Part shown: piece after piece, positions 36,076-45,825 of the stretch
Layout: the number at the start of each line of letters is the position of its first letter
How positions within the stretch are numbered: position 1 is the first letter of the stretch
Source of the DNA: Candidatus Fermentibacteraceae bacterium
GTDB taxonomy: Bacteria; Fermentibacterota; Fermentibacteria; Fermentibacterales; JCC-6
Reading direction: 5' to 3'
Assembly: GCA_041750285.1 (NCBI GenBank)
Contig: JBGSZS010000004.1
Location: 300,365-364,364, forward strand
Length of the DNA stretch: 64,000 bases
Notes under the pieces: generated by a model
Database searches by the model: none
Told to the model about the DNA's origin: nothing
The model's input: the letters and a program-made list of their open reading frames with translations, nothing else
Translations under genes and position numbers: made by a program

Positions 36076-38361
36076 TTAAGAATCATTCTTATTATTGTTT
36101 CCCTCGCGGGATTCGTCAAGCCTTGTTATCACCATCATCGTCACGTCGTCCGTATGGGGTTGATCCCCCACCCATGAGTCAAGAAGCCTGACGATGGTTG
36201 CCATGAGTTCTTCCGAAGATGCTTCACGATGGCCGGCCATCGAGTTGACGAGCCTTTCGATACCGAAGGGCTCGTCATCCTCGGGACTGAATGCGTCGGT
36301 GACCCCGTCCGTGAAGGCGAGCATCCTGTCCCCGGGATCGAGGGTCAGGGATCCGCACCGGTACCGTGCGTCGGGATCGACTCCCAGAACCAGCCCCCCG
36401 ATGTCGGGTCTCTCCGATGTGCCGTCGGTCCTCAGAACCACGGGTGGATCGTGCCCGGCTGAGCAGTACTCGAGGCTCCCGTCACGCGCGGAGAGGACGC
36501 CGAGGAACATGGTGATGAACGAACCCTCGGGAACCTGGCTGCAGACAAGCCTGTTGAGGACCGGCATGAGTTCGGGCAGTGAACTCCTTCCCAGAAGAAG
36601 GCTTCTCAGGCTGGCTTGAAGGCCCGCCATGAGAATGGACGCGGCTGCGCCCTTTCCGGCGACATCCGCTATGGCCAGGGCCGTGTCGCCGTTCTCAAGC
36701 TGGATCATGTCGTAGTAGTCGCCGCCAACGACGCTGCAGGGAATGTTGATCGCGGCTATCTCGTACCCGGGCAGCCGGGGAATGACTTTGGGGAAAAGCT
36801 GCTGCTGGATCTCCCTGGCAAGGTCGAGTTCCCTCTGAAGCCTTTCGAGTTCGAGTTTCTCGCCGAACAGCCTGGCGTTGTGGAACGCCTGGGCGATCTG
36901 CCTTGCAAAGCTGTCGAAAAGACCCCTTGTGTGGTCCACGAAACGGAAAGACCTTCCGCAGGATGCCAGCAGCAGACCCAGATGCTCCCCCCTCACCTCG
37001 ACCTGGGAGGCCATGAGGGACCCTATCCGTCCCTTGCCGCTGAAGAGTTTCTCGAGCGCTGTTCTCCTGTAGTTGTTGAAAAGAAGCCCCCTCCCGCTGG
37101 CATCGAGCCTCCCGGAGAGGAACCTGTACCAGTCCGGCGGGATCTCACCCGAAAAATCACAGTTTTCACCGGACCATACCGTGGCGAAGCCCGCCGATTT
37201 CTCGACAGGAACGATCCAGCAGCAGTCAGCCCCGGTGAGCCTCCTGCCAAGCCGGGTGGCTGCGGAGGCCAGCTGACCCGGCTCGAAACTGGAGTGCAGG
37301 CTGTGGCTGAGGTCCTGAAGCGTGTCGAGCTCGCCGTACCTTTTGTCAAGAAGCCTGGCCGACGGCATGTGAAGCAGAATGGTGAGGAAGCTTCCGTACC
37401 CGTAGACCACGAGCAGCAGCGCTATCGTCCCCATCAGGGTGCTCACGGTTTCCATGCCGTAGCCGGGCATGCCCTCCGAAACGCATACGGTCATCACCCT
37501 GCGGGAGAACTCGGCGAAGATCAGCGCTCCAGCCATGACGAACAACCGGCTGTTCCGGTTCAGGTAGTGTATCCACCTCTGGCAACAGGCCATTATGGCT
37601 GCGGAAAGAAAGACCACAAGAAAGGACAGGTTCAGTGGGTTCCTCATAACGGAGATCACGACCGACCCGCCAAAACCAAGCGCAGTGGTGGATGCGTGAA
37701 GCATGATGGCTCCGGTCACGATCCAGAAAAGGTTCTGCGTGGCCCCTGTGCGATCCACCATCACAAGCCCCTCCAGAAGGGCAAGCATCGTTATGAGGGC
37801 GCTCAGTGACAGAAGCATCCCCAGGGAGGAAAACCTTCCAACCTCCCTCAGAGTATCCCTCGGGATCGGCACGTAGCGGCGTGAATCGAGCGTGCCCGTT
37901 CCGGAAACCGTTCCGACGATGACTCCCAGCGTGGCGCCCGTGGCATCACCCAGCGAGTTCACGATCGCGCCGCCCGGGCCGGGAAGGTCGAGCGAGAAGA
38001 TCTCCCTCATCGTCTGAGCGTTCTCGAGGGCGGAGTCGGTCACGGCATCCCTGTTCAGCGTGCGAAGCAGCCTCAGCCTGTCGCCCTCGGCGCCCCCGCT
38101 CGCCATGGTTCCGCTTTCGATAAGGACAACGGCACCCCAGGCGACACCGGAGAGAACGAGAAGAAGACCGAGCCTTCTCGAGATGCTGAGGTCACGCGTG
38201 AACGACCTCATCGAAACGAAGAACAGGAACGCCGACAGAATGCACAGGAGACCCGAAACCCGGTTGAGAGCCGACCAGGGCGGCAGAACGGCTGACGGAA
38301 GCGACAGGATCCCCGCGAGGATCAGTGTGACGGTTCTGGCGCGGATCCGGCCCTTCGTCAT
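36076..38361 (-). CDS. Membrane-bound GAF + PP2C/SpoIIE (RsbU-like) serine phosphatase
   Basis: Multi-TM N-terminus; GAF region; VGGDYYD, IADVAGKG, AGHDPP, FTDGVTD, DDVT. Confidence 0.9.
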   Translation of the reverse strand: MTKGRIRARTVTLILAGILSLPSAVLPPWSALNRVSGLLCILSAFLFFVSMRSFTRDLSISRRLGLLLVLSGVAWGAVVLIESGTMASGGAEGDRLRLLRTLNRDAVTDSALENAQTMREIFSLDLPGPGGAIVNSLGDATGATLGVIVGTVSGTGTLDSRRYVPIPRDTLREVGRFSSLGMLLSLSALITMLALLEGLVMVDRTGATQNLFWIVTGAIMLHASTTALGFGGSVVISVMRNPLNLSFLVVFLSAAIMACCQRWIHYLNRNSRLFVMAGALIFAEFSRRVMTVCVSEGMPGYGMETVSTLMGTIALLLVVYGYGSFLTILLHMPSARLLDKRYGELDTLQDLSHSLHSSFEPGQLASAATRLGRRLTGADCCWIVPVEKSAGFATVWSGENCDFSGEIPPDWYRFLSGRLDASGRGLLFNNYRRTALEKLFSGKGRIGSLMASQVEVRGEHLGLLLASCGRSFRFVDHTRGLFDSFARQIAQAFHNARLFGEKLELERLQRELDLAREIQQQLFPKVIPRLPGYEIAAINIPCSVVGGDYYDMIQLENGDTALAIADVAGKGAAASILMAGLQASLRSLLLGRSSLPELMPVLNRLVCSQVPEGSFITMFLGVLSARDGSLEYCSAGHDPPVVLRTDGTSERPDIGGLVLGVDPDARYRCGSLTLDPGDRMLAFTDGVTDAFSPEDDEPFGIERLVNSMAGHREASSEELMATIVRLLDSWVGDQPHTDDVTMMVITRLDESREGNNNKNDS
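36077..36119 (-). promoter_or_regulatory. Sigma70-type promoter with PerR/Fur-like operator for the rbr operon
   Basis: TTGACG (36119-36114)-17 nt-AATAAT (36096-36091), then perfect 7-1-7 palindrome TAAGAAT-G-ATTCTTA (36091-36077). Confidence 0.78.
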
Positions 38362-39656
38362 CCATTCTCCCTCATGAAAGCCGCGAGGTCATCGACACCG
38401 CCGCTGCGGGTTTCACCGGAAAGCATGTTCTTCAGCCCCAGTACGCCGGTCTGCGCCTCGTCCGGACCCACGACGACCGCCCAGGGGAAGTTCTCCCGGG
38501 AAGCCTGCTGGAACTGCTTCGACACCCTGCGGCCCGATACGTCCACGACCGTCGGGATCCCGCGGCTTCTGAATTCCTCTCCCAGCTTCAGGGCGTTGGC
38601 GAGCTGTTCCCGGGAGAATACCGCTATGAAGAGAGTGGCCGGGGGAGTCCTGTCGAGTCCCTCGGGAAGACAGCCGTAGGTTTCGAGGAACAGCGTCAGG
38701 GCAAGCACGCCAAGGCCGAATCCGACCCCGGAGATCGCCCTGCCCTCGAACATGCCCACGAGGTTGTCGTACCTGCCGCCTCCGCAGAGCGCCCTTCTGT
38801 TCTCCCCGCCGGTGTCGGTCAGCTCGAACACGATGCCGGTGTAGTAATCCAGCCCCCTGACCACCGAAGGGCAGAATTCGGCCGACCTCATGCCCGAGCC
38901 GGAGATGAGCCGCCCGAAGTCCCTGACTTCTGCCAGTTCGGGGCACTCTCCAAGTAGAGCGGTCAGGAAAGGGTCTTCGGGATCCTGAATCCCGCAGAGC
39001 CTCATGACGCTTCGTGCGGTGTCCTCCGAACCGAAAGCCCCGGTGAGCATTCCGAACCACTCCGCCTCACCTGTCTTGTCCCTCCGGTCGAGCACGGCGA
39101 AGGCCCCTGCCGCGTCACTCACGCCCAGCGCCGCAAGGGCGGCCGAGGCAAACCTCCTGCTGCTCCATCTTATCCGGTACTTGTCGGACGACACCCCGAG
39201 CGTTCTCATCATCCTGTCCAGGACAAGGAAGACCTCGAGTTCGGCGGCGGGGGGATCGGCCCCCAGTATGTCGAGGTTGAACTGCAGGAATTCCCGCACC
39301 CTTCCCCTCTGGGGTCTTTCGTGGCGGTAGCACAGCGGCATTGACATCCAACGGGCTGGAAGGTGCATCTCTCCCCTGGCGGCGACCATTCTGGCGAGGG
39401 TGGGAGTGAGCTCGGGTCTCATGACGACCTTGCGGTTGCCCCGGTCGGTGAACCAGTAGCTCTGCTTCTCCACGAGCTCTCCGCCGCTTTTCGCCTCGAA
39501 CAGTGAAAAGGGCTCAAGAACAGGCCCGTCGTATTCCTGAAAACCGCTCATGGCACCGGACTTGAGAAGGACCCTGCACACATGGCGTTCAACGAGGAGT
39601 TCATCGGGGTATCTCTGGCGCATTCCCGTGAGTGGGTTGGTGGATGGAGCGGTCAA
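38358..39656 (-). CDS. hisS: Histidine-tRNA ligase
   Basis: MRPELTP, RHERPQRGRVREFLQ, VRGLDYYTG, GGGRYD, GVGFG. Confidence 0.95.
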   Translation of the reverse strand: MTAPSTNPLTGMRQRYPDELLVERHVCRVLLKSGAMSGFQEYDGPVLEPFSLFEAKSGGELVEKQSYWFTDRGNRKVVMRPELTPTLARMVAARGEMHLPARWMSMPLCYRHERPQRGRVREFLQFNLDILGADPPAAELEVFLVLDRMMRTLGVSSDKYRIRWSSRRFASAALAALGVSDAAGAFAVLDRRDKTGEAEWFGMLTGAFGSEDTARSVMRLCGIQDPEDPFLTALLGECPELAEVRDFGRLISGSGMRSAEFCPSVVRGLDYYTGIVFELTDTGGENRRALCGGGRYDNLVGMFEGRAISGVGFGLGVLALTLFLETYGCLPEGLDRTPPATLFIAVFSREQLANALKLGEEFRSRGIPTVVDVSGRRVSKQFQQASRENFPWAVVVGPDEAQTGVLGLKNMLSGETRSGGVDDLAAFMRENG

Positions 39657-39657
39657 G

Positions 39658-40968
39658 TCAGTCCCTTCCTATTCCGCGGGAGAGCGGGCATCCGCCCCCG
39701 CAGACCGACAGTTCGATGCATGAGGAACACCTGGCGGGAAGCTGGTCCCTGTCACGTATCCGCCTGAAAAGAGTGCTGTTCCAGATCGAGTCCCATGAAT
39801 CGCAAAGCATGTTCCCCACGGGCTCGAACCAGCTTTGACACGGAAGGACGCTTCCGTCCGGCTCTACGCAGATGTTCATTGAGGCGGCGGTACACCGTCT
39901 GGCCCCGAGGTCGAGCTGCTCTGGATCGAGGCGGCAGTACTCGGTGGGTGAGTACCACAGCATCCTGATCCCGGCGGTCCTGCATGCATCCTTCAGCTCG
40001 AGAAGAAGCGCTTCCAGAGCAGCATCGGAGAGCCCCTTCTCCCCGTGTGAGGTGTGGCCGCTGCAGATCACGGTGTTGAACGCGGCGGCAGCCGCGCCGA
40101 GTCCTGCGACGAACGCCGGCACACCCGTAACGGCGTTCCGGTTGTCGAGGCAGAGCGTGGTGTTGGTCACCGTGTGGAACCCGGCGGCAACCGAGTTCCG
40201 TATGCCGGCAACGGTTTTCTCCCAGGCGCCGGGAACACCTACCATTCCGTCATGAACGGCTGATTCGGCCGACTCGAGTGTGACCTGCACGTAGTCCAGC
40301 CCCGCGGACCGCAGCGACTCGGCCCTTGCCGGGTCGGCAAGCCCGATACCGTTCGTGAGCAGCCCGGTTACAAGGCCAAGGCTTTCGGCATGGTTCACAA
40401 GCTCTTCGAGGTCTTCCCGCAGGATGGATTCACCGCCGGTGAAGACGACCTGGGGTATGCCCGCATCGCAAAGCCTGTTGATTATCGTTTTCCATGAACC
40501 CGTGTCGATCTCGGCAGCCTCGCGGTCCCCCTTGTAGCAGTGGCCGCACCCAGCGTTGCAGCGGTAGGTCAGGGCAAGGTCGGCCCTGAAGGGGGCCGAT
40601 GGAAGCGCGTCAGGGGTCTCCTCGACGTCGAGAACCACGTTGTCGCCCCTGATGACCGCCTCCAGCGAGTCCCTGAAAACGGTGAAATCCTCATGGGCCT
40701 TCTTCGCTCTCAGGCCGTACCTTTTTGCAAGGCGGGCCGAAGCCTCTTTCTCGCCTAGACCCGAAAGCATCATCCAGGCGCAGTCGGAACCGGTGGGGTT
40801 GAGCCTTATCAGGCTGGCGGCGTCAACCACCAGAACACCGTTCCCGTCGGGATCCACCCTGAGGTGCATTCTTGAGTCACCCCTGCGGAAGTGGTGCAGT
40901 CCGGCCGGAGCCAGACCGCCCTTTTCCACTGCTGCGAACAGCCCTTTGATCCTGTTGAGCGGCTTCAT
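39658..40968 (-). CDS. Radical SAM/SPASM peptide or protein maturase with N-terminal PqqD-like (RRE) domain
   Basis: N-terminal LNPTG...LAKRY...D.F RRE-like region; CNAGCGHC; FTGGE; SPASM CTAA...PDGSVLPC...CSSC..VCGGGCP. Confidence 0.9.
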   Translation of the reverse strand: MKPLNRIKGLFAAVEKGGLAPAGLHHFRRGDSRMHLRVDPDGNGVLVVDAASLIRLNPTGSDCAWMMLSGLGEKEASARLAKRYGLRAKKAHEDFTVFRDSLEAVIRGDNVVLDVEETPDALPSAPFRADLALTYRCNAGCGHCYKGDREAAEIDTGSWKTIINRLCDAGIPQVVFTGGESILREDLEELVNHAESLGLVTGLLTNGIGLADPARAESLRSAGLDYVQVTLESAESAVHDGMVGVPGAWEKTVAGIRNSVAAGFHTVTNTTLCLDNRNAVTGVPAFVAGLGAAAAAFNTVICSGHTSHGEKGLSDAALEALLLELKDACRTAGIRMLWYSPTEYCRLDPEQLDLGARRCTAASMNICVEPDGSVLPCQSWFEPVGNMLCDSWDSIWNSTLFRRIRDRDQLPARCSSCIELSVCGGGCPLSRGIGRD

Positions 40969-40969
40969 A

Positions 40970-42466
40970 TTACCTTCCTCCACCGGCACAGGCGCACGCG
41001 CAGCCGGCGCAGGCGCACGCGCATGCGCATCCGCCCCCGCCCGAGCGGTAGCCGCCGCTTCTTGAGACTGGTATCGGGTTTACGATGGCGGCAACGCTCC
41101 TGGTCAGTCCCCGGACCGAGCTCCCTGCAGCGCTTTCGATCCTTGAAACCAGGCTGCCGCAGGCTGCTGCAACGTTCAAAGACTGGCCAGTCCCGCCCGT
41201 GGAGACAGGCCAAGAGGACGCGGGGATGAAAACGGGCACAGGAAGCCTGGACAGCCTCTCATGGGGTTTCGCTTCGGAAGCCAGCAGCCACTGGAACCGG
41301 TCGGCGAAGACCTCGGCTGCAGCAACGGCGTCCGGCGCCTCCTCGAGCTGCTTCCAGGCGTTCTTCATTACCCCGGTGTAGTATTCGCGGGTGGTCTTGA
41401 GGTTGAAGCCTTCCATCGCGGTCCCGAGGTCACTGATCATCTCCTTGAAGAAGGCCTCGAGGTTCTTAGTGGTTAGGCCCTCCTCGCCAGCGATCAGTTC
41501 AAGGAGCTTCTTCTCGTAATCCCTCAGCCCTTCCGGAACGAGCCCCATCGGGGTGATCCTGGTCCCGGCGCCCTCTCCGGTGACCGTGACTGCACCCTTT
41601 TTGATGAGGCTCCACACTATGAGCATTACGACCCTGTCCAGAGGCTTCTCCATAAGAAGCGCCGCCATGGGAACGGTAAGCCCCCTTCTGACACCCTTGC
41701 CCCCGACCCTTATCTTGGGTGGAAGGTACTGCCTCTGTCTGATGATGGAACTTCGGATGCCGAAGAAAAGCGGCAGCGCGATGAAAAGCAAAAGTATCAG
41801 AAAGATCGCGACGGGTGCGCAGCACGCTGGATCGAAAAGGGGCTCGGAGGGGCGGGTTGCAAGGCTTCCCGGGACCAGCGCAGCCGGAAAACCGATTCCG
41901 ACCTCGAAGGGCCTGTCCAGCCTGACCGACCTGTCCCAGCGGAAAACCACCCTGCCCTTGTCCACCCAGGAGCTGTCGAAGGGGGTATCGTGATACCTCA
42001 CGCTGTCGGGCGCACTGCCCTGAGGGAACACCATCTCCAGAACAAGGTCCGTGTGCCCGGTCAGCAGTGAACCGTCGAACCATGTCGGTGAGAAATGGAA
42101 GGAGGCCCAGTCTTCCTGGTCATCGTCGACGTAGATTCCCCCCGAACACATGCCGTTGAACTCGAGTACGCCGGTTTCACCCGGCCGGATGCCTGCGCCC
42201 AGCGAAATCTCCACACCGTTGTCGATGTAGGATGATACCATCACGGGGCGTCCGTTCCCGTCGAGACTTGCCCGCATGTCCGAAACGCTCCAGTCCCTTG
42301 TGGGCAGGCCGATGTCCACCACGTCGACGGGGTCGGCCCCGGTGTTGCACTGGAACGTGATCCTGTAGAAGAGAGCCAGGGTCTGGTCCTGGTTCACCGA
42401 CACCCTGCAGTACATGTCGGGGACGGAAAAGCTGTAGGAGGCCAGCAGGGCCAGAAGAACTACCAT
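40970..42466 (-). CDS. Membrane-anchored protein (DUF2207-like) with C-terminal Cys-Ala repeat tail
   Basis: N-terminal hydrophobic signal, beta-rich domain, one TM segment, soluble domain, ends GGGGCACACACAGCACACAGGGR. Confidence 0.8.
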   Translation of the reverse strand: MVVLLALLASYSFSVPDMYCRVSVNQDQTLALFYRITFQCNTGADPVDVVDIGLPTRDWSVSDMRASLDGNGRPVMVSSYIDNGVEISLGAGIRPGETGVLEFNGMCSGGIYVDDDQEDWASFHFSPTWFDGSLLTGHTDLVLEMVFPQGSAPDSVRYHDTPFDSSWVDKGRVVFRWDRSVRLDRPFEVGIGFPAALVPGSLATRPSEPLFDPACCAPVAIFLILLLFIALPLFFGIRSSIIRQRQYLPPKIRVGGKGVRRGLTVPMAALLMEKPLDRVVMLIVWSLIKKGAVTVTGEGAGTRITPMGLVPEGLRDYEKKLLELIAGEEGLTTKNLEAFFKEMISDLGTAMEGFNLKTTREYYTGVMKNAWKQLEEAPDAVAAAEVFADRFQWLLASEAKPHERLSRLPVPVFIPASSWPVSTGGTGQSLNVAAACGSLVSRIESAAGSSVRGLTRSVAAIVNPIPVSRSGGYRSGGGGCACACACAGCACACAGGGR

Positions 42467-42813
42467 TTGGGAGCCTCCTCGAGCTGGTACGCCGAACCGC
42501 AGAAGGGGCACTCGACCATTGCTGTGCCGCCTATCTCCCTTAGGGCGTCGGCGGACAGGGTACCACCGCAGGAACGGCACTTCATGCTCTCCATCTTCAC
42601 ATCGCCAGTGAGGTCCAGCTCGCGCCTTTCCACGACCCGGTGCACCTGCTTCCGAAGGCCAAGAAAAAGGAGCACTCCGCCGGCAAGAAGCATCACCCCC
42701 CCGTTCACGAGGGTTCCGGTGGAGTGGTTGTATGCTCCGCCGATAAGGAACAGGATGCCCAGACCCATCAGGCACAGGCCTGCCAGTATCACCACCACCT
42801 TGATTATCTTCAT
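42460..42813 (-). CDS. Two-TM protein with C-terminal zinc ribbon
   Basis: Two TM segments then CRSCGG...CPFCG; overlaps the next gene by 7 nt. Confidence 0.82.
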   Translation of the reverse strand: MKIIKVVVILAGLCLMGLGILFLIGGAYNHSTGTLVNGGVMLLAGGVLLFLGLRKQVHRVVERRELDLTGDVKMESMKCRSCGGTLSADALREIGGTAMVECPFCGSAYQLEEAPKW

Positions 42814-42872
42814 AGCTTCTTCCCCCTGGGGCGCATGCGCCTTGAATGACAAATAAGGAATACCGGGAGGCA

Positions 42873-43385
42873 ATGGTGAAACATTACAATGAAATCCGGC
42901 CCGAGTCTATAGAGGGCAACCCTTTTGACATGATCGGCAGACGCTGGTTTCTCATAACCGCGGGAAGCATGTCGGACTACAACACAATGACCGGCGGCTG
43001 GGGAGCGCTTGGATACCTGTGGGGGAAGAACGTCGCCTTTGCGTACGTAAGACCGGTCCGGCACACTTTCCGTTTCACCGAGGAAAACCCCCGGTTCACT
43101 CTCAGCTTCTTTCCCGAATCGGAAAAAGCGGCACTGCAGTACTGCGGAAGCCATTCGGGAAGGGATGTCGACAAGGCGTCGCAGACCGGTCTCGAGCCCT
43201 TCGAACCTGAACCGGGCACGGTTTCGTTCACGCAGTCAAACCTGGTGCTGGTCTGCAGGAAACTCTACGCGCACTTCCTCACGCCGGGCGATTTCATTGA
43301 CCAGTCCGTGAACCGAGAGTGCTACCCCCAGCCCGATCATCACAGGGTGTACATCGGTGCGATAGAGAAGGTCCTTTCGAGTTGA
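42873..43385 (+). CDS. Flavin reductase-like (flavoredoxin) protein
   Basis: NTMTGGWG, VRPVRHT, CGSHSGRDVDK, DHHRVYIG. Confidence 0.88.
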   Translation: MVKHYNEIRPESIEGNPFDMIGRRWFLITAGSMSDYNTMTGGWGALGYLWGKNVAFAYVRPVRHTFRFTEENPRFTLSFFPESEKAALQYCGSHSGRDVDKASQTGLEPFEPEPGTVSFTQSNLVLVCRKLYAHFLTPGDFIDQSVNRECYPQPDHHRVYIGAIEKVLSS

Positions 43386-43885
43386 TCCCGTCGATCCACC
43401 ATCTTTTTCGGCACCCGCAGCACCTGCGCACCGTGGCGGGCTGGATCTACCGCGAGTTCTGGGAGGACAGGAACGGGTACGATCAGGCAACCCTCGAGAA
43501 GCTGCTTGGAGACGCCGACGACCCCGACCGCATCCCCATCTCCCTCGTAGCGTTGATCGACGGCGTGCCTGCGGGAACCGTCAACCTCATCGCCCACGAC
43601 AACTCGAAACGCCCGGAACTGACACCCTGGCTCGCGGCCCTCGTGGTGGTGAGAAAGTTCAGGGGAAGGGGGATAGGCAGCGCCCTCGTGAGAAGGCTTC
43701 TGACAGAGGCCGCCCGTCTGGGGATTGCCACGCTGTACCTTGGAACCGATACCCCCGACTTCTACACAAGGCTTGGAGCCTTCCATCACGAAACGGTTGA
43801 CGGGCTTCACATCATGAGGTTCGAGATCCCGGAGGAACGGCTCTGCGATGAGCAGGGCCAACCCGATGCCTGCGCCGTCTCGTGA
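43382..43885 (+). CDS. GNAT acetyltransferase
   Basis: PWLAALVV...FRGRGIGSAL, FYTRLG; TTG start overlaps the upstream stop. Confidence 0.88.
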   Translation: MIPSIHHLFRHPQHLRTVAGWIYREFWEDRNGYDQATLEKLLGDADDPDRIPISLVALIDGVPAGTVNLIAHDNSKRPELTPWLAALVVVRKFRGRGIGSALVRRLLTEAARLGIATLYLGTDTPDFYTRLGAFHHETVDGLHIMRFEIPEERLCDEQGQPDACAVS

Positions 43886-43909
43886 ACGGGATGAACCGCC
43901 CGTCATCAT

Positions 43910-43938
43910 GAACGTGTCCTTCGCTCAAGGATACATTC
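43910..43938. terminator. Hairpin between convergent genes, possible terminator
   Basis: gaacgtgtcctt-cgctc-aaggatacattc; no clear U-tract. Confidence 0.3.
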
Positions 43939-44018
43939 CATGGGGGGATTCCTTTTTCCGGGGTGTGGCTGATCGGGAACCGGGCTGTTCGTTGAGAAAA
44001 GGGTTTGCCAGGGCCTTT

Positions 44019-45725
44019 TCAGCGAAGCAGGACGATCTTTGCCGAAGCCGTTCCCGAGGGACAGCAGAGACGGGCGAAGTAGACACCGTTCCTGTCATCG
44101 GGCTCCGGGCTCCAGCTCACGCAGTCCCCCTGTCCCGCGGGGATCTCAGTGACCAACCTTCCGCAGGCATCGAAGATTGCCACGGTTCCGCCTGAACCAG
44201 CCGGAAGCATGAACAGGGTGGTCCCATGGCTCGGGTTCGTCACCGGAGAAAGGAAGAGCTGCCGCGGGGCCGAAGGGGCACACCCCGAAGACCCGCCCGA
44301 TCCCTTGAAAACACCGGTGTTCCTCTCGTCCACCCCCCGCATCGGCCAGTCCGCCGCACCCACTTCGCCCGTGGTGTTCCAGGCGTAGGCCCAGCCGTTC
44401 CAGGTCACTGCCACCAGTTCATAAAGGCCGTCACCATCGATGTCACCCGCGGCAACGCCGGAAATGGACGGGGCAGTCATCGTCCTGGGGTAGCCTTCGA
44501 TCGTTGTGCCCCCGCCGGAGAGCGCGTAGAGCATGCCGCCTTCGGTGACGAACACGAAGTCCTGCATGCCGTCGTTGTCCACATCGACCACTGTCGGAAA
44601 ACCCTTGGGCCAGTCGGGAACGGCCACGGGCCAGCCCGCAAGGGGCTCTCCGGTCCCGAGGCTTAGTACATGGGCTCTGTAATTGCTTCCAAGATGGTTT
44701 TCCAGGGCAACGAGTTCGGGAACCTGATCACCCGTCACATCACCCAGGGCGAAGTAGAAGAGCTGGCTCTGGGTCGCCACTGTGATGGGAAAACCGGCTA
44801 CGGGGCTGCCGTCGTGGTGCCTGGCCTGAATGAACGAGGTGGTGCCCGTATTGTGGCCGATCATGATCTCAAGGTCTGCGTCACCGTCGAGGTCGGCGAT
44901 AACCGGAGGCCCGAATATCGCGTTGCCGCCGGGGGACACGAGAGAAACGGGATAGCCCGTCGATATCTGGCCGTCCGGTTCGAAAGCGAAAAGCCTGTAG
45001 GCCCCGCCGAAGAGGGTTACGGCCATGAACTCATCCTGCCCGTCCCCCGCAAGGTCGCCGAAGTAAACGCACAGGATCTGCTCAGCGGGATCGAGGTCGG
45101 TCGTGAACAGAATGCTTCCGGCGTCGTCGAAACCGGAGATCCTGTAGTAGGCACCGGTGTTGCCCAGGGTGTGGGCGCTCCATGCCTCGAGGTCCCCGTC
45201 GTTGTCGGAGTCGCCCAGAACGAAGGGGGATGCCAGGGCGTTTGAGAAGTCGTCAGGCGCTTCCTGGGGAAAGGCGCCAAGGTTGCCGCCATCCGGAAGA
45301 CGGCCGTTGAAGCTCCACATATACGCGCTTCCCGCGTACCAGTCGCGTTCCGACCAGAGCACGGCCGGGTCTCCGTTGCCGGTCATGTCGGCGCAGGAGG
45401 GTCCGGGCATCTGATCGTTGGTGCCGTACCCCATGTAGGCCATCTCGGTCACGGGCCAGCCCGGAAGGAACGAGCCGTCCCCCGAGAGGCCGAAGGTGTG
45501 TCCACCGGTGCAGAACACCTCGAGTGCCCCGTCGCCGTTTATGTCGCTAAGGGTGGGTGTGTAGGGAAAGCCTGCCCCGGGAGCGTTGAAGCTTACGGGC
45601 CAGCCCTCGCAAACGTCGGGATCATCCGTTGCTTGCGCTGCAAAGGGGCTGCATAAGGGCGTCAGGAAAGAACCGGAGGCCGGAATCACCGGCAAAGCCG
45701 CTGCAATGACAAGGATCGCGATCAT
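44019..45725 (-). CDS. Secreted FG-GAP/VCBS-repeat protein with T9SS/FlgD-like C-terminal domain
   Basis: Signal peptide; repeated DxxGDGxxE and GWPV motifs; CTD TNP...IFDACGRLV...GVYF. Confidence 0.85.
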   Translation of the reverse strand: MIAILVIAAALPVIPASGSFLTPLCSPFAAQATDDPDVCEGWPVSFNAPGAGFPYTPTLSDINGDGALEVFCTGGHTFGLSGDGSFLPGWPVTEMAYMGYGTNDQMPGPSCADMTGNGDPAVLWSERDWYAGSAYMWSFNGRLPDGGNLGAFPQEAPDDFSNALASPFVLGDSDNDGDLEAWSAHTLGNTGAYYRISGFDDAGSILFTTDLDPAEQILCVYFGDLAGDGQDEFMAVTLFGGAYRLFAFEPDGQISTGYPVSLVSPGGNAIFGPPVIADLDGDADLEIMIGHNTGTTSFIQARHHDGSPVAGFPITVATQSQLFYFALGDVTGDQVPELVALENHLGSNYRAHVLSLGTGEPLAGWPVAVPDWPKGFPTVVDVDNDGMQDFVFVTEGGMLYALSGGGTTIEGYPRTMTAPSISGVAAGDIDGDGLYELVAVTWNGWAYAWNTTGEVGAADWPMRGVDERNTGVFKGSGGSSGCAPSAPRQLFLSPVTNPSHGTTLFMLPAGSGGTVAIFDACGRLVTEIPAGQGDCVSWSPEPDDRNGVYFARLCCPSGTASAKIVLLR

Positions 45726-45825
45726 GGCGGATTCCTTTCTTCTCTCTCTGCCTTAACAACCATTCCCTTGCTGCCAGAAACTATTCTATTGCATGGCATT
45801 CAATTATGCCAACAAACTAAGTTAT

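Noticed and set aside
40981..41040. GC-rich DNA microsatellite or CRISPR-like repeat
   Set aside because: Synonymous codons vary between units, so the repeat is at protein level (Cys-Ala); no spacers or cas genes.
45790..45815. Sigma54-like TGGCA...TGC within the palindrome tggcat-tcaatt-atgcca
   Set aside because: GG to GC spacing is 11 nt rather than the required 10 on both strands; at most an unassigned operator.
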